From the NCBI RefSeq assembly GCF_032444005.1, contig NC_091290.1:129332001-129396000 (forward strand): a DNA stretch of 64,000 bases. Direction: 5' to 3'. The notes under the pieces were generated by a model that was not told the DNA's origin, made no database searches, and worked only from the letters and a program-made list of their open reading frames with translations. The DNA is from Ranitomeya imitator (lineage: Eukaryota). The translations under genes and the position numbers were made by a program. Shown here one piece after another: positions 34,984 through 47,759 of the stretch; within the stretch, counting starts at the first letter, position 1; each line of letters opens with the position of its first letter.

Positions 34984-35699
34984 CTGGAGCCTGCTCAGCG
35001 GAGACGTCGGTCCCAAGGTCTGACTCAGGCTGATACTGGGTGATTGGTTACTGCTGTTCTTCCAGGCTCTGCCTTTGTAGCCAGCGCTGATCAGCAGCGA
35101 GCAGATCTTTCTGGGACTAAGTCCTGTTTTTCCCATACTGGGCATGCCTACGGGACGACCTCCCATTGGAGGTCGGGGGTCACATGCGGAGGTCCTTTTG
35201 CGGTTCCTGTTGGACCACTAGGAAGGTCCTTGAGTGCTAAAACCCTAAAAGGTTTGCATGGCCGCATGGCCATGCGCTAGTATCAAACCTATGTTATGGG
35301 CTCAGCGCCAGTGTGGTTATGGTTGTATATGGTCAGGGTTTGGCTGAAATAAGCCCCCAGAATACCGGCACCTCCAGTGAGGAGTTTTGTGTATGTGGAT
35401 TCAGGGCTGGCATATAGCCATTAGAATTCCGGCTCCACCAGAGAGGAGTTGCTTGTGTGCTATTTTGACTGCATGACCACTGTTGGCTCTATTAGGTAGC
35501 TGTGATCTCCTGTGAGGTTAACAGGGTATGGCAATCCCTTTTTGTAGTGATCTGTGAAGTAACAGAGTTCGCTTATAATGCCATATAGTACCACCTGTTA
35601 CTAGCAGCAAGTTTCTCTCCTGCACGGTGGACCCCGGGTTGCGAACGCACCTACTGTCTCATAAATATATATATTCGGTGCATTCCGCCAACCCTAACA
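34984..35699 (+). mobile_element. 5'-truncated solo LTR, family B-related
   Basis: Homologous to 55531-56387. Ends CCAACCCTAACA and lacks the TGTTAGG start. Confidence 0.85.
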
Positions 35700-35739
35700 T
35701 TAACATCCAAAATGTTGGCCTACTGAAATGTATGTTCAT

Positions 35740-36330
35740 TAAATGCACTCAATACTTGGTCGGGGTTCCTTTTGCATCAGTTACTGCATCAATGTGGCAT
35801 ATCTTGGGGGCAATCAGACTGTGGCACTGCTGAGGGGTTATGGAAGCTCAGGTTGCTTTGATAGCAGCCTTCAGCTTGTCTGCATTGTTGGGTCTGGTGT
35901 CTCATCTTCTTCTTGACAATAGATTTTCTATGGGGTTAAGGTCAGGCGAGTTTGCTGCCAATCAAGCACAGTGATACTCTTGTTTGCAAACCAGGTATTG
36001 GTACTTTTGGCAGTGTGGACGGGTGCCAAGTCCTGCTGGAGAATGACATTTCCATCTCCAAAAAGCTTGTCGGCAGTTCGGCAGAGGGAGCATGAAGTGC
36101 TCTAAAATGTCCTGGTAGATGGCTGCGCTGACTTTGGTCTTGATAAAACACAGTGGACCTACACCAGCAGATGACATGGCTCCCCAAACCATCACTGATT
36201 GTGTCACACTAGACCTCAAGCAGCTTGGATTGTCTGTCTCTCCACTCTTCCTCCAAACTCTGGGAATTTGATTTCCAAGGTCTAGTGGGAAGTATCCACA
36301 ATCAATGATGGTTTGGGGAGTTACTTTGCC
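35740..36330 (-). pseudogene. Tc1 transposase fragment (catalytic region)
   Basis: SVMVWGAMSSAGVGPLCFIKTKVSAAIYQDILEHFMLP, followed in another frame by FQQDLAPVHTAK. Confidence 0.85.
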
Positions 36331-36399
36331 CAATTGCAGCTAAATGGTTGCAGTTGCAGCTGCCAGTGAGCCATTAAACATGATATTTACTGATTGATG

Positions 36400-36770
36400 C
36401 AGAGGAGAAACTTATCCGCTATGTGATTTTTGTCACCCATGTTCACAAGCTATAAAATAGCGATTAGCCATACAAGAATGAAAAGACTGAGGATGGGAAC
36501 TGGATGAGATGCTATGCCCTATATCTGTTGGACATGGTGTCATGGTCATTGAGGAAGATGCAGAGGAGGTGTGGGAAGATGTTGATAACTTCCATTTGGT
36601 GGAAGAACAAGACTTAGGACCTATCTGTGGTGGCTTCACAACCTGTCCTGGTTCTCTGCCACTCAAAAAATCCACACATTTGGCTGTAAGACACAAGCTC
36701 TCCCTGCCATAGTTGCTGCTCCATGTGATTACGGTAGAGTGCACTTTCAAGCCAAAAAAAAAAAAAAAAA
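36400..36770 (-). pseudogene. Probable hAT (ZBED-like) transposase fossil
   Basis: KVHSTVITWSSNYGR..LCLTAKCVDFL followed by a Ser-rich tract resembles the hAT T.D.W / TAHW region. The assignment is from motif recall only. Confidence 0.5.
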
Positions 36771-37119
36771 ATAAAAAAATTGGCCCACAATCTACTACAT
36801 GTGAGAGCACAAAGAGGACACCTCTTTATATAAGAAAAATGGGTAATTTCAAGCAACGCTGAGTGCATGCATCATTTTTTGAAAGGCTGCCGAGACCACT
36901 GCTTCCAATGCTCTAGTTGCAACTTGACCATGGAGGAGTTGAGTTGGCGCACAAGTAGACTGGGAGCAAATGCCTATTTCCTCGTCAATCAGGTATCGAT
37001 AACGGATGGTGAGTTGGAGAAGGAGAAAGGCGTAAATTTAATCAAATTGTCCGAAAGGGATCATTAATCTTGAAGTGACTACTTCAGGAGAAATGACATT
37101 AAAATAAATTGGCGACTAG

Positions 37120-37379
37120 TAGTGATGAGCTAGTGTGCTCGTTACTCGAGATTTCCAAGCATGCTCGGGTGTTCTCTGAGTATTTTGGGGGTGCTCATAT
37201 ATTTTGTTTGAGTCCCCACAGCTGCATGATTTGTGGCTGCAAGGCTGCCTAACAAAAAGGCAATCCCTGCATGTGCAGCTGCAGCGACAAAAACATAATT
37301 TACGAGCACGTCCAAATACTTGGAGACCACCCGAGCATGCTCAGAAAACCTGAGTAATGAGCACACTCGCTCAACACTA
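37120..37379. mobile_element. hAT-like MITE (TAGTGATGAGC...GCTCAACACTA)
   Basis: Terminal inverted repeats. Degenerate 8-bp flanks gcgactag/gtcaccag. Same family as the 45.4-46.7 kb copies. Confidence 0.8.
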
Positions 37380-38616
37380 GTCACCAGATCTTCACCTAAT
37401 GATCATAGATTAGGTTCCCACCACTTTATGAAGCCCATACAAGCTATAAAGACACATTGGGGTGACAATTCACAGGGGTGCAAAGTATAAATTGTGACCA
37501 TTGACTCATCCAATAGTCATGTAAAAAATTACAACATAAGGGGAACCAACAAGGATGAAAATATTTTGTCGACACTAGTCTACGAACAGACGTCATGTAG
37601 AGGATATTGAGTTCACACCTGAAGATCCACCAGAGCATTTCTGTGACCTATCGGAGGTTACGATTGCTGTTATTTATTGCTTTGTTCTTTTTCCTTCATA
37701 TAGTCACATCTCTAGAAGTCTTCGGGATTATACCTAAGTACCAGATTCTCTGCACTTGGAAATGACAACATTTCTGCCTCGGCTGCCGCTCTACTGTACG
37801 GTTATTCTTAGGTTTACAGAAAATAATGGCTGCCTTTCACACTTTTAATAACACTGTTTCATCTTTTCTTAAGGTCACAAGATTATAGTTAAGTAAGCGG
37901 CAAATACATAAAAACTGATTATTTTTTCACCCTCCTGACTCTGAGCTATTTCATCTCTATAAAAGTGGATGTTGATTATTGACTGTATATTGCAGTATGG
38001 AGAGGCTGGGGATTTCTGCTAATAAGACTTCAACTTGTTACAGCCCCATACACAAAGTATGCACTCAACAAAAACTATGGAATCAATATCTCTAAAGTGA
38101 AAAGGTACATTAGGAGTCAGGGATGATGAATGCCCTGCTATCGTCAGCCACAGATTGAACACACTGATGCATACTAAGAGGCAATTTGCTGAAGTGCGTG
38201 TGCTTACACCATCAACATATCGAAGGACAAATATTAAAATCGGAGAAAATTTCACCTTCAGTAAATAGATATTTCCACCAATTTATTTCACGTCATGGAC
38301 TACAGTAACCGCTTTCTTGACGAGATCTTTTTTTCTTCGAGACATTATTAATGAAATGATTGATGAAGTTATCAATCTATCTTTCTAAAAAAATAGGTGG
38401 GCAACACTAAAAAGAAATGTATATTTATTAGCTCAGGTGAAAAGGTTCCAAGACGTCAGCTTAAGAGTAGTGAGCCTTTGTCAAGCCTTAGTCAAGTCTC
38501 ACTTGGTGTTGAGTTGAAACTTTGCCACCGGTTTCCTGTGTGGAGATTGCCATAGAGTGCTGGCCATTTTTGCTTACTTATGAACCATAGATTGGTGGGT
38601 TGCTTACATAAACTTA

Positions 38617-39031
38617 GGGTACCGTCACACAGTGGCATTTTGATCGCTACGACGGCACGATTTGTGACGTTCCAGCGATATATCCGTGACGTTCCAGCGA
38701 TCTCGCTGTGTCTGACACACTCCTGCGATCAGGGACCCCGCTGAGAATCGTACGTCGTAGCAGATCGTTTGAAACTTTCTTTCGTCGTCTAGTGTCCCGC
38801 TGTGGCGGCATGATCGCACGGTGTAACAAAGGTGTGCACGATATTGTATACGATGTGCGCATAGTAACCAACGGCTTCTACATCGCACATACGTCATGAA
38901 ATTATCGCTCCAGCGTCGTACATTGCAAAGTGTGACAGCAGTCTACGACGCTGGAGCGATATTGTTACGATGCTGGAGCGTCACGGATCGTGCCGTCGTA
39001 GTGATCAAAATGCCACTGTGTGACGGTACCC
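38617..39031. mobile_element. PIF/Harbinger-like foldback MITE
   Basis: TTA|GGGTACCGTCACACAGTGGCATTTTGATC...GATCAAAATGCCACTGTGTGACGGTACCC|TTA. The TIRs are about 48 bp and the TSD is 3 bp. Confidence 0.9.
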
Positions 39032-39766
39032 TTAGAGAGAAGCCGGCGCTATTGATATCAAGTTGGTCACGTTTGAGGAAAGGATTATACTTCTAAAGTA
39101 TTGACAGCGGAAATCTCAGCACCAGTCTCAATAAGAGAAATTAGTGTTGCTTGCAAATTTGCACAAATTTTATTTGATCAGGAACCAAAGGTAAAGAACA
39201 AATTATGTCCAACACTTTGACTTACAAGTGGTCTTTATCAAGGACATCGCTATAAGTAGTGGCCAGTTATGCCCTGCCGCAAATCTTGGGTATGTAAATA
39301 AGTCGCCCGCCAGGGCCGTGGGGCACTCGGTACCGGGTCCGGTACTCATAGGGATGTGTCACGGCAGCGACGACCCGGTCCATGGCCTTGGGCGCCCATG
39401 TTAAAGGGTAGGTCTTTAAAGGTTTTTTTTAGAAATAAAGAAAATTTGTGACGCCACCTGTGGTATTCGGTCAGGGATGACCAACGCTGCTTAAAGGGGT
39501 CCTCTGGGGGATGTTATGGCAGGCAGATGGTATAACTTCCCACAGATGAAGTAGGTCCTCAGGGCTTCCGGCGAATAAATGGAAGATGTTGAGTGGTGCA
39601 GTAAAGAACGAAGGATGCAGTTGTGCAGTCTTTTTACCTGGTTTACTGATGGTAGCAGGCAGCCACAGTCCAGGGCACCAGATGACAGGTACAGGCAGGG
39701 TCCGGCCGGCTTGGAAGCGAGTTCAGAGTCCAGCTTTACCAGGTGGAGTTAAAAGCCTTCCACTTA

Positions 39767-39958
39767 GGGCTCATTTTCACTTGCGAGACATACGTCCATG
39801 TTTCGCAGGTTAAAACCAAGCTCTGGTGCCGGCACTTGGGAGCGGAGCGTGCAGCTCCACGTGTTGCAATGTGGCTGCTCGCTCTGCTCAGGAGTGCCGG
39901 CGCCAGAGGAGGGTTTTAACCTGCGAGACACGGATGTCTTGCAAGTGGAAATGAGCCC
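39767..39958. mobile_element. PIF/Harbinger-like foldback MITE (192 bp)
   Basis: TTA|GGGCTCATTTTCACTTGCGAGA...TCTTGCAAGTGGAAATGAGCCC|TTA. Almost fully palindromic. Confidence 0.88.
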
Positions 39959-40608
39959 TTAGTGCGGTGGTATTGTGATGGTGTGATATGCTATGTAGGT
40001 ATCATTTTTGTGTATATTTCTATTTTACTTATTTTCATGGTGTTCTCTTGTAGGATGAGTTATTTGCTAATTGATGAATGGCTGTGGTTGCCATGTGATA
40101 TCAGCCCCAGTCTTCTAACAGGGTCAGTGAATAAACCTGTTTGCTAATATGCTAATGACATATTGAAATAGCTTGTTGAAACAATGACCCCCTGTAGTGC
40201 CTTAATCCCCAAGGCACCTTTGACAGGTCTGGGAGGCCAGAAAATTACCCCAACCTGTCTGACTGCCCCTGGACATAAAGAGGGGGCTGGGGAGGACATG
40301 GGCAGGGAAGTCAGTCCTGTGTGGAATGATGATGTGGACACAGCATATCAGAGAGAAAGAAGAGTATATGGATTATGCTATCCTCTGTCTGCTGGATTGT
40401 TGGACTTTTATCCTGTTACTGAACTGCATTCGTGTTCTGGACTATTTTATCCTTTGTGTGGTGGATCGTAAATAGACCTTTCATTTTTTTGTCCTAAATA
40501 AAGGTCTTGGAATTGTTTGCTATACTCTAGCTCTGTTGATTGTGTGATATCAGAGAAGGACCTCGTGTGAACTGGTTGCAAGCAGCGGGATCAACAGAGC
40601 GTAACCAA

Positions 40609-42370
40609 ATGGAGAACCACCCACAGAGTGAGTACAGAAATTGGACTGTATCCAGTTTACAGGAGAGAGCCAGAGACCTGGGCCTGAACTACCAGGGACT
40701 GGCTAAAGAGGCATTAATTGACCTACTGGTGGGTGCCAGCCTAGCCACCTTCTCCCATATGTCTGAAAGACGAGCACTGGAGACAGGGATCCCCACCCCA
40801 AAAAGTCAGTGAGTACTGTGGTACGAAGAAGAGATGGCGGTTCTGGGCCCAGGCATCTCTCAGGAGTACAAGGAGGAGGCTGCTCACTGAGCACAGTGGA
40901 GACAAGAAGCAATGGAGCTTGAAAGAGGGAGTAATGCAATGTGGAGTGTAAACTCAATAATTCGGGAGCCTGTCCGGATCACCTGGACAGAGTTTAACCC
41001 CTATCTGACCTTGAACGGGATAGTACGTCCAAGGTCAGATCCCCTGCTTTGATGCAGGGCTCCGCGGTGAGCCCGCACCAAAGCCGGGACATGTCAGCTG
41101 TTTTGAACAGCTGACATGTGCCCGTAATAGGCACGGGCAGAATCGCGATCTGCCTGCACCTATTAACTAGTTAAATGCCGCTGTCAAAGGCAGACAGCGG
41201 CATTTAACTACCGCTTCCGGCCGGGCGGCCGGAAATGACGTCATCGCCGACCCCCGTCACATGATCGGGGGTCGGCGATGCGTCTCCATTGTAACCATAG
41301 AGGTCCTTGAGACCTCTATGGTTACTGATCGCTGGTGGCTGTGAGCGCCACCCTGTGGTCGGCGCTCACAGCACACCTCCATTTCTGCTACATAGCAGCG
41401 ATCAGCAGATCACTGCTATGTAGCAGAGGCGATCGAGTTGTGCCTGCTTCTAGCCTCCCATGGAGGCTATTGAAGCATGGCAAAAGTAAAAAAAAAAAGT
41501 TGAAAAAAATGTTAAAAAAATAAAAAAAACATAAAAGTTTAAATCACCCCCCTTTCACCCCAATCAAAATAAATCAATAAAAAAATATCAAATCTACACA
41601 TATTTGGTATCGCCGCGCTCAGAATCGCCCGATCTATCAATTAAAAAAAGCATTAACCTGATCGCTAAACAGCGTAGCGGGAGAAAAATTCGAAACACCA
41701 GAATTATGTTTTTTTGGTCGCCGCGACATTGCATTAAAATGCAATAACGGGCGATCAAAAAAACGTATCTGCACCAAAATGCTATCATTAAAAACGTCAT
41801 CTCAGCTCGCAAAAAATAAGCCCTCAACCGACCCCAGATCACGAAAAATGGAGACACTATGAGTATCGGAAAATGGCGCTATTTGTTTTTTTTGTTTTTT
41901 TTTTAGCAAAGTTTGGAATTTTTTTTCACCACTTAGATAAAAAATAATCTAGTCATGTTAGGTGTCTACAAACTCGTACTGACCTGGAGAATCATAATGT
42001 CAAGTCAGTTTTAGCATTTAGTGAACCTAGCAAAAAAGCCAACCAAAAAACAAGTGTGGGACTGCACTTTTTTTGCAATTTCACCGCACTTGGAATTTTT
42101 TTCCCGTTTTCTAGTACACGACATGCTAAAACCAATGATGTCGTTCAAAAGTACAACTCGTCCCGCAAAAAATAAGCCCTCACATGGCCAAATTGACGGA
42201 AAAATAAAAAAGTTATGGCTCTGGGAAGGAGGAGAGTGAAAAACGAACACGGAAAAATGACAAATCCCATGGTCATGAAGGGGTTAAGCTATTTGATGAG
42301 GCTTCCAGAGTTGTGGATGGGTTCTTGAAGGACTTTGAGCAGCAGTGTGCTGTGATGGAGGATGTTACTC
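40609..42370 (+). pseudogene. gag N-terminal fragment split by a TTAA MITE
   Basis: It begins MENHPQSEYRNWTVSSLQERARDLGL. Removing 40998-42287 restores ...PVRITWTEFKLFDEASRVVDGFLKDFEQQC, a Gypsy-gag-like motif. Confidence 0.65.
40998..42283. mobile_element. piggyBac-like MITE (1.29 kb)
   Basis: TTAA|CCCCTATCTGACC...GGTCATGAAGGGG|TTAA. The right terminus is the exact reverse complement of the left terminus at 26122. Confidence 0.9.
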
Positions 42371-43854
42371 TGGCTGGATGCGTTTGTTAGTGGGACCCCA
42401 ACCTGTCTGACTGCCCCTGGACATAAACAGGGGGCTGGGGAGGACATGAGCGGGGAAGTCAGTCCTGTGTGGAATGATGATGTGGACACAGCATATCAGA
42501 GAGAAAGAAGAGCATATGAACTATGATATCCTCTGTCTGCTGGATTGTTGGACTTTTATCCTGTTAATGAAATGCATTCGTGTTCTGGACTATTTTATCC
42601 TTTGTGTGGTGGATCGTATATGGACCTTTCCCATTTTGCCTAAATAAAGGTCTTGGAATTGCTTATTATACTCTAGCTCTGTTGATTGTGTGATACCGGA
42701 GAAGGACCCCGTGACAGGTATTATAGTCCCTTACTGCCAATGGCTTCTTAGCAAGGTCCTCTCAGTTATCTCTGTCCTTTATTGAAATGGGACACAAACC
42801 CGTATGACAGGTGAATTGAGCCTTTTTAGAGGGTCTATATCATGACCCGGGCTCTATATATCACTGTGTCTCCTGGGTATTATGGCGGACATTATACGTG
42901 TAGTCTAACTGTCCTACCGGTTTCTGGAGTATGACACAACCTCGGTCTTCCGGTTACCGGTATCTGCACTCTATCAGAGAGGTAGCCCAGTCGCAGCTAT
43001 TCTTCCTTGTACTCTCCTGTGCTTTGCTCTCTGGCACGTTAGCTAAAGGCTGTTCTTTCTTCTGTATCTCGCTATCAAGGAGCTGCAGCACCTCAAACTG
43101 TATTACCCCTCACCTGTTCTTCTGCCTCAGACTGCTCCAGTCTGCTGTCTGTCACCAACTGTCTAATTCTTCCCAACTGCCTAGCAACTAACTCCTCCTC
43201 CCGAACAGAGACAGAAGTTGGGTGTAGAGCTCCCCCTTCTAGCCTGGAGTCAGAACGGTGTTGTATGTGCTGATTTCCTGTCAAAAAGGAATCCTTCATC
43301 GCTTCCAAGTGTGACATCACTCTCCCCGTGAGGAAAGCAATGCCACTGTGACAACCAGGACCCTGGGGCATCATATACACGCATATGGCTCCCCAGCCAA
43401 GCAGTGCAACAGTGCATACCCAGCCACTATTTCTACAGATGTCCTTGATAAAGAACATTGATGGATCAAAATGTTGGAAGTTCTGTACCTTTGGTGCCAG
43501 ACCAAATAAAATTTGTGCAATTTTGCAAGAGAGGCCAATTTCTCTTATTGACGTTTGGTGCTGAGATTTACGCAGCCTGTAGGCTGGCACCTATACCTGA
43601 ACTTTTGCTTTTGCTGCTTCCCCCTTTTTTTGCTTATCTTTCTATTTATTGATCTATCCATCCATCCATTCATCTATCTATGGAAGGCATCACTCGAAAA
43701 TTCCAATTTCAATGAATAAGGACTATATTGACCTAGTGCGACATATTAATTCATAAGGTTTAGATTTTTCAAGAGTGTTTATACAGGCTAAGATAGTCTT
43801 TCTGATTGTTTGTGTTGTATCATGGGATATGATGTGATAGTTGCATAGCATTAA

Positions 43855-44299
43855 AACGAACCTGTCATCAGGATTTTGCTAAGTAAAATAGATGATTGAT
43901 GCCACTTGCGCAGGTACTGCCGCCGGCGCAATTTTGCTGAAGTTAATTTTTTTGGTAAAGACCACAATGTAAATAAGTACTTTAAGTAGTTGGCAGGTCA
44001 CTGAAGGATCAGTGACCTGTCATTTAAGCCCACAAAGTTTAAGATGAGGCTAAAGCACTAAATAAAGCTCTGCCCACAGCCTTCCCACAGGCCACCCACA
44101 GCCCCACCTATAGCCCACCCACAGCCCCACCCACATGCCACCTTGAAGCACGAGAATCTCATTAGCTGAAAACTGCAAACAAAGATTAAACAACCACAAG
44201 ATGGATTTCTTCAACCCAGGTATCATGGTAATCAGTATAACGGCGCCGACCTGACACTGTCTGTAGTTTACTGAGCAAAATCCTTATGACAGGTTCGCT
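43855..44299. mobile_element. TTAA-target MITE (T2/Kolobok-like)
   Basis: TTAA|AACGAACCTGTCATCAGGATTTTGCT...AGCAAAATCCTTATGACAGGTTCGCT|TTAA. Confidence 0.85.
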
Positions 44300-45451
44300 T
44301 TAAGGAAAATCTCATCCAGCTGCGCGCAAGATCATGTGAGCCTTGTCTGGCTATTATATATAACATTTCAGAGGCCGTTTTAGGTGTTTCATCACAATTT
44401 TGGAGTTCAACTACTTCTTAAAACTTTAACATGAATTCAGTTTGCATCTCTACTAATTACAATGAATTGCATCAATAGACCGCTCTACTGGATCTAACTA
44501 CAGCGTCTGCACCTTCAGATCCCAATGGTTGCACGAAGGGTTAAAATTCCGCATAATTGCCGCTTGATCCGTCCCATTAATATGGTGGCACCGTTTTGTT
44601 TTGTTTTTTTCAATTCGCTTCAATCACCCTTTCTCCTGTTTAAATCCTTAACTGCTTGAAATATGTTTCCTGCCCTCCAATAAAGAGGTTAATTCAGCTC
44701 GTCTCACAGCAATTTTAATTTTAATCTTTTGATGAAAGCAGAACATGCAAATTAAAACAATGTATTCTTTTGAATTTAATATCCAGGCGAGCTTTATAAA
44801 TGGAAGAAAGGAAGTTGTATTATTATTATTCTCGAGCTGTTTGCTTGAATGTGAATTGCTGAGTGGTTTTAACCGGTGCTGGGGATCGTGTGGGCTTCGA
44901 GCGGCGGGAAATGATTGCCTGGGTTTCTAATGTCTCCAGATTACAGTCTTTTAAAATCTACTTAGTTGGGCTAGTGGTGCTTTCAACATTCCCAACAAAA
45001 CAAATGGCGTTACATTTTAGAACGTACGGTATTAAGGGGAAGAATGGGCGAGTTTTGTGCCCGCGTTATCCTGCCATAATTATGAATATTCAAGCATCTA
45101 ATTTCGAATGTTGCCTTTATAAATAAATCATTGGAATGCCCATGCATCTCCTGTTTGTTATTCAAATTCTCCTCTTCTTGGGCTCTGGCGGTATTATTTA
45201 TTCATGCAATAACATGAATTTCTCACTGTGCTGTTTTGTTATGTAAGCTCAGTGGAAATACTGTTAAACAAATGTTATCTCTGAATAGTCAAGCTCAAAA
45301 GAGTTTGCCAGACACACCAGGTAGATTGGAGGGGATACATCTCGGCGATAGTTTTGCAACAAAGTTTTTAAAGAGAACCTATCATCAATGTCATCAATAT
45401 ATAAAAATAATACTTACGTTGGACCACCACTATTACTTTTTGGGTAGTTAC

Positions 45452-46734
45452 TAGTGATGAGCAAAGAGGTGTCACTGGAGCATGATCGTGTGCTAATCGA
45501 GTGTCTTCGGCGTGCTCGAATAATGTGTTTGAGTCCCCGCGGCTGCATGTCTCACGGCTGTTCAACAGTCATAACACATGCAGGGATTGCCTAACGAACA
45601 GGAAATCCCTGCATGTGTTGCGGCTGTCGATCAGCCAACCAAGTGTCTTCGGCATTCTGGAAAAATACGTTCGAGTCCACGCCACAGGGGTTGCCTAACA
45701 AACAGGCAATCCCTGTATGTGTTGCGGCGCAATCCCTGTATGTGTTGCGGCTGTCGATCAGCCACGGGCACTCAAACATATTTTTTGAGCATGCCAAAGA
45801 CACTCAATTAGCACACGCGCATGCTAGGATATGAGCTTATCTGAGCATATATGCTCATGACTAGTAGCTACCTCAAATAGGTGGCACAAGAGAGCTACAT
45901 TTTAGTGATGAGCAAATGTGCTCGGATAAGGTATTATCAGAGCATGCTTGTGTTCTAGCCAAGTGACTTGCATGCTCGAAAAGTATGTTTGAGTCCCCGC
46001 GGCTCCATGTCCCATGGCTGTTCGAAAGTCACAACACATGCAGGGATTTCCTGTTTGTTGGGAAATCCCTGTATATGTTGCAGCTGTCAAACAGCCACGA
46101 GACTTGCAGGCCCGGGGATGCAAACATATTTTTTGAGCACCCGGACATGCATAACACCTTATCTCAGCACGTTTGTGCATCACTAGTAGCTACCTCCAAT
46201 AGGTGGCAAAAGAGAGCTAGCATAAGGCATTATCCGAGCATGCTTGTGCGCTAACAGTGTCTTCGGCGTGCTTGAAAAGTATGTTTGAGTCCTTGCGGCT
46301 CCATGTCTCACGAGTGTTCAATAGCGGCAACACATGCAGGGATTGCCTGTTTGTTAGGTAATCTCTCCATGTGTTGCGGCTGTCAAACAGCCACGAGACT
46401 TGTCAGCATTGGGACTTGGACATATGTTTCAAGCTTGCCGAAGACACTCTGTTAGCGCACAAGCATGCTCGGATAACATCGAGTGCGTTTACTCACCACT
46501 AGTGGCTACTTCCAATAGGTGGCACGAGAGAGCTAGCTTTTAGTGATGAGCGAATGTGCTCGGATAAGGTGATATCCGAGCATGTGGTGTGGTGTGCTAG
46601 AAAAATATGTTCGAATTCCCATGGCTTCTCTATAGCCCCAACAGATGCAGGGATTGCCTGTGTGTTTGAACAACTCGGTTAGCACCCGAGCATAGTCATA
46701 TAACACCTTATCCGAGCACGATCGCTCATCACAA
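45452..46734. repeat. Tandem array of four hAT-like MITEs separated by three copies of a ~39-bp spacer
   Basis: Units start TAGTGATGAGC at 45452, 45903 and 46541 (the third unit, at ~46222, is truncated). The spacer gtagctacctccaataggtggcac.agagagcta is at 45864, 46186 and 46502. Confidence 0.85.
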
Positions 46735-47759
46735 CTAGCTTTCTTTCTTCTGAATGAGCGCTCATTTGCTTACCCTAAATAGAACTCACCGGCAATACGC
46801 AACACAACCACGAGCCACCATGGAGACAAAACACAACAAACAAAAAACAAAACAGATCTCTTCTAATTTCATACATTCCGTGTTAGACAGGCAGCTTTTA
46901 TTCCGCTGACCTAACTTGCCACATTCAGCACTGCAATAGACAATTCTCCAAACTTTTTTTTTGCCCGTCTAGAGGATTGTAAAGACGTTTGATAACATCC
47001 ACTTAAAATATATTTGCCCATCATCCTCGCCATTTCATACCATGACAGATAGTGACGCTCCGGTGCCCAGGAGACTAAAGGAGCAAACAAAATTAAGCTT
47101 CTACCATAACATAACTTAAGGGTTTTCAGAGAAAAGGAATCTTTTGTAAAGGATTGCTGCTCATGCTATTGGTTTCTATAAAGATCTGTGCCACAGGCCA
47201 GCAGCTTTATTGAAATTCTTAAGAACAAATCTGCAGAAGCTGGAAGCTTGAGGCTTGTTATCGGGCACCTACACAGGAGCATCCTGACACACTATAATTG
47301 AAATTCATTGCTTGACCTTTAGTCTATAAGAAAGGTATGCTGTCATTAGCACTCACTGTCTGCTATATTCTCCTGTCGCTCCTCAGGCCAGCTTAAACCA
47401 TCCCAAATGAAATAGGCTATTTTATGTCATACCCCTGAGTTTGGCACTATTAAGCCGGGAAGTAAGAGGGATGTAATATGCTGAAGTGCATGCAAGGTAG
47501 ACAGCTCTGCTCAAATGGGAGAATACACTTACTTATGTATGAATATATTAAATATTCTTCAGTCTCACTTGTGACCTGCTAGCTTTCAAAGTAATAATGA
47601 TAATAAGGTTTAGGTTTATTTTTGCAAAATTTCCAATACGGTGATTGAAATGCTACATCCGTCACTTTAGGCAGGTTGCAAACCGTTGACTGGCTAGAAC
47701 GGTAATTTTTAGTGTCACTCGGGATTGGTAGGGTTTCTGGAGTCAAGTAGCTCATGCCT

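Larger units (their letters stand above)
39974..42716 (+). mobile_element. Internally deleted Gypsy-type LTR element (5' LTR, gag stub, partial 3' LTR)
   Basis: 5-bp TSD GGTAT (39969-39973 and 42717-42721). 40250-40570 repeats at 42396-42716. A PBS-like tggttgcaagcagcgggat lies at ~40573. Confidence 0.85.
39293..43375. mobile_element. Outer LTR-like repeat hosting nested insertions; boundaries and class uncertain
   Basis: GC-rich repeat-like sequence that becomes continuous when 39767-39958 and 39974-42716 plus their TSDs are removed. No matching TSD was found for the outer element. Confidence 0.45.

Noticed and set aside
36509-36712. Acidic plus-strand ORF as a host exon
   Set aside because: It is better explained as the antisense of a Ser-rich tract in the probable hAT fossil.
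43093-43590. 165-aa minus-strand ORF
   Set aside because: It crosses the boundary of an LTR-like repeat into flanking DNA and has no protein motif.
45452-46734. CRISPR-like alternating repeat/spacer appearance
   Set aside because: The spacers are copies of each other, the repeats are ~280-400 bp MITEs, there are no cas genes and the context is eukaryotic.
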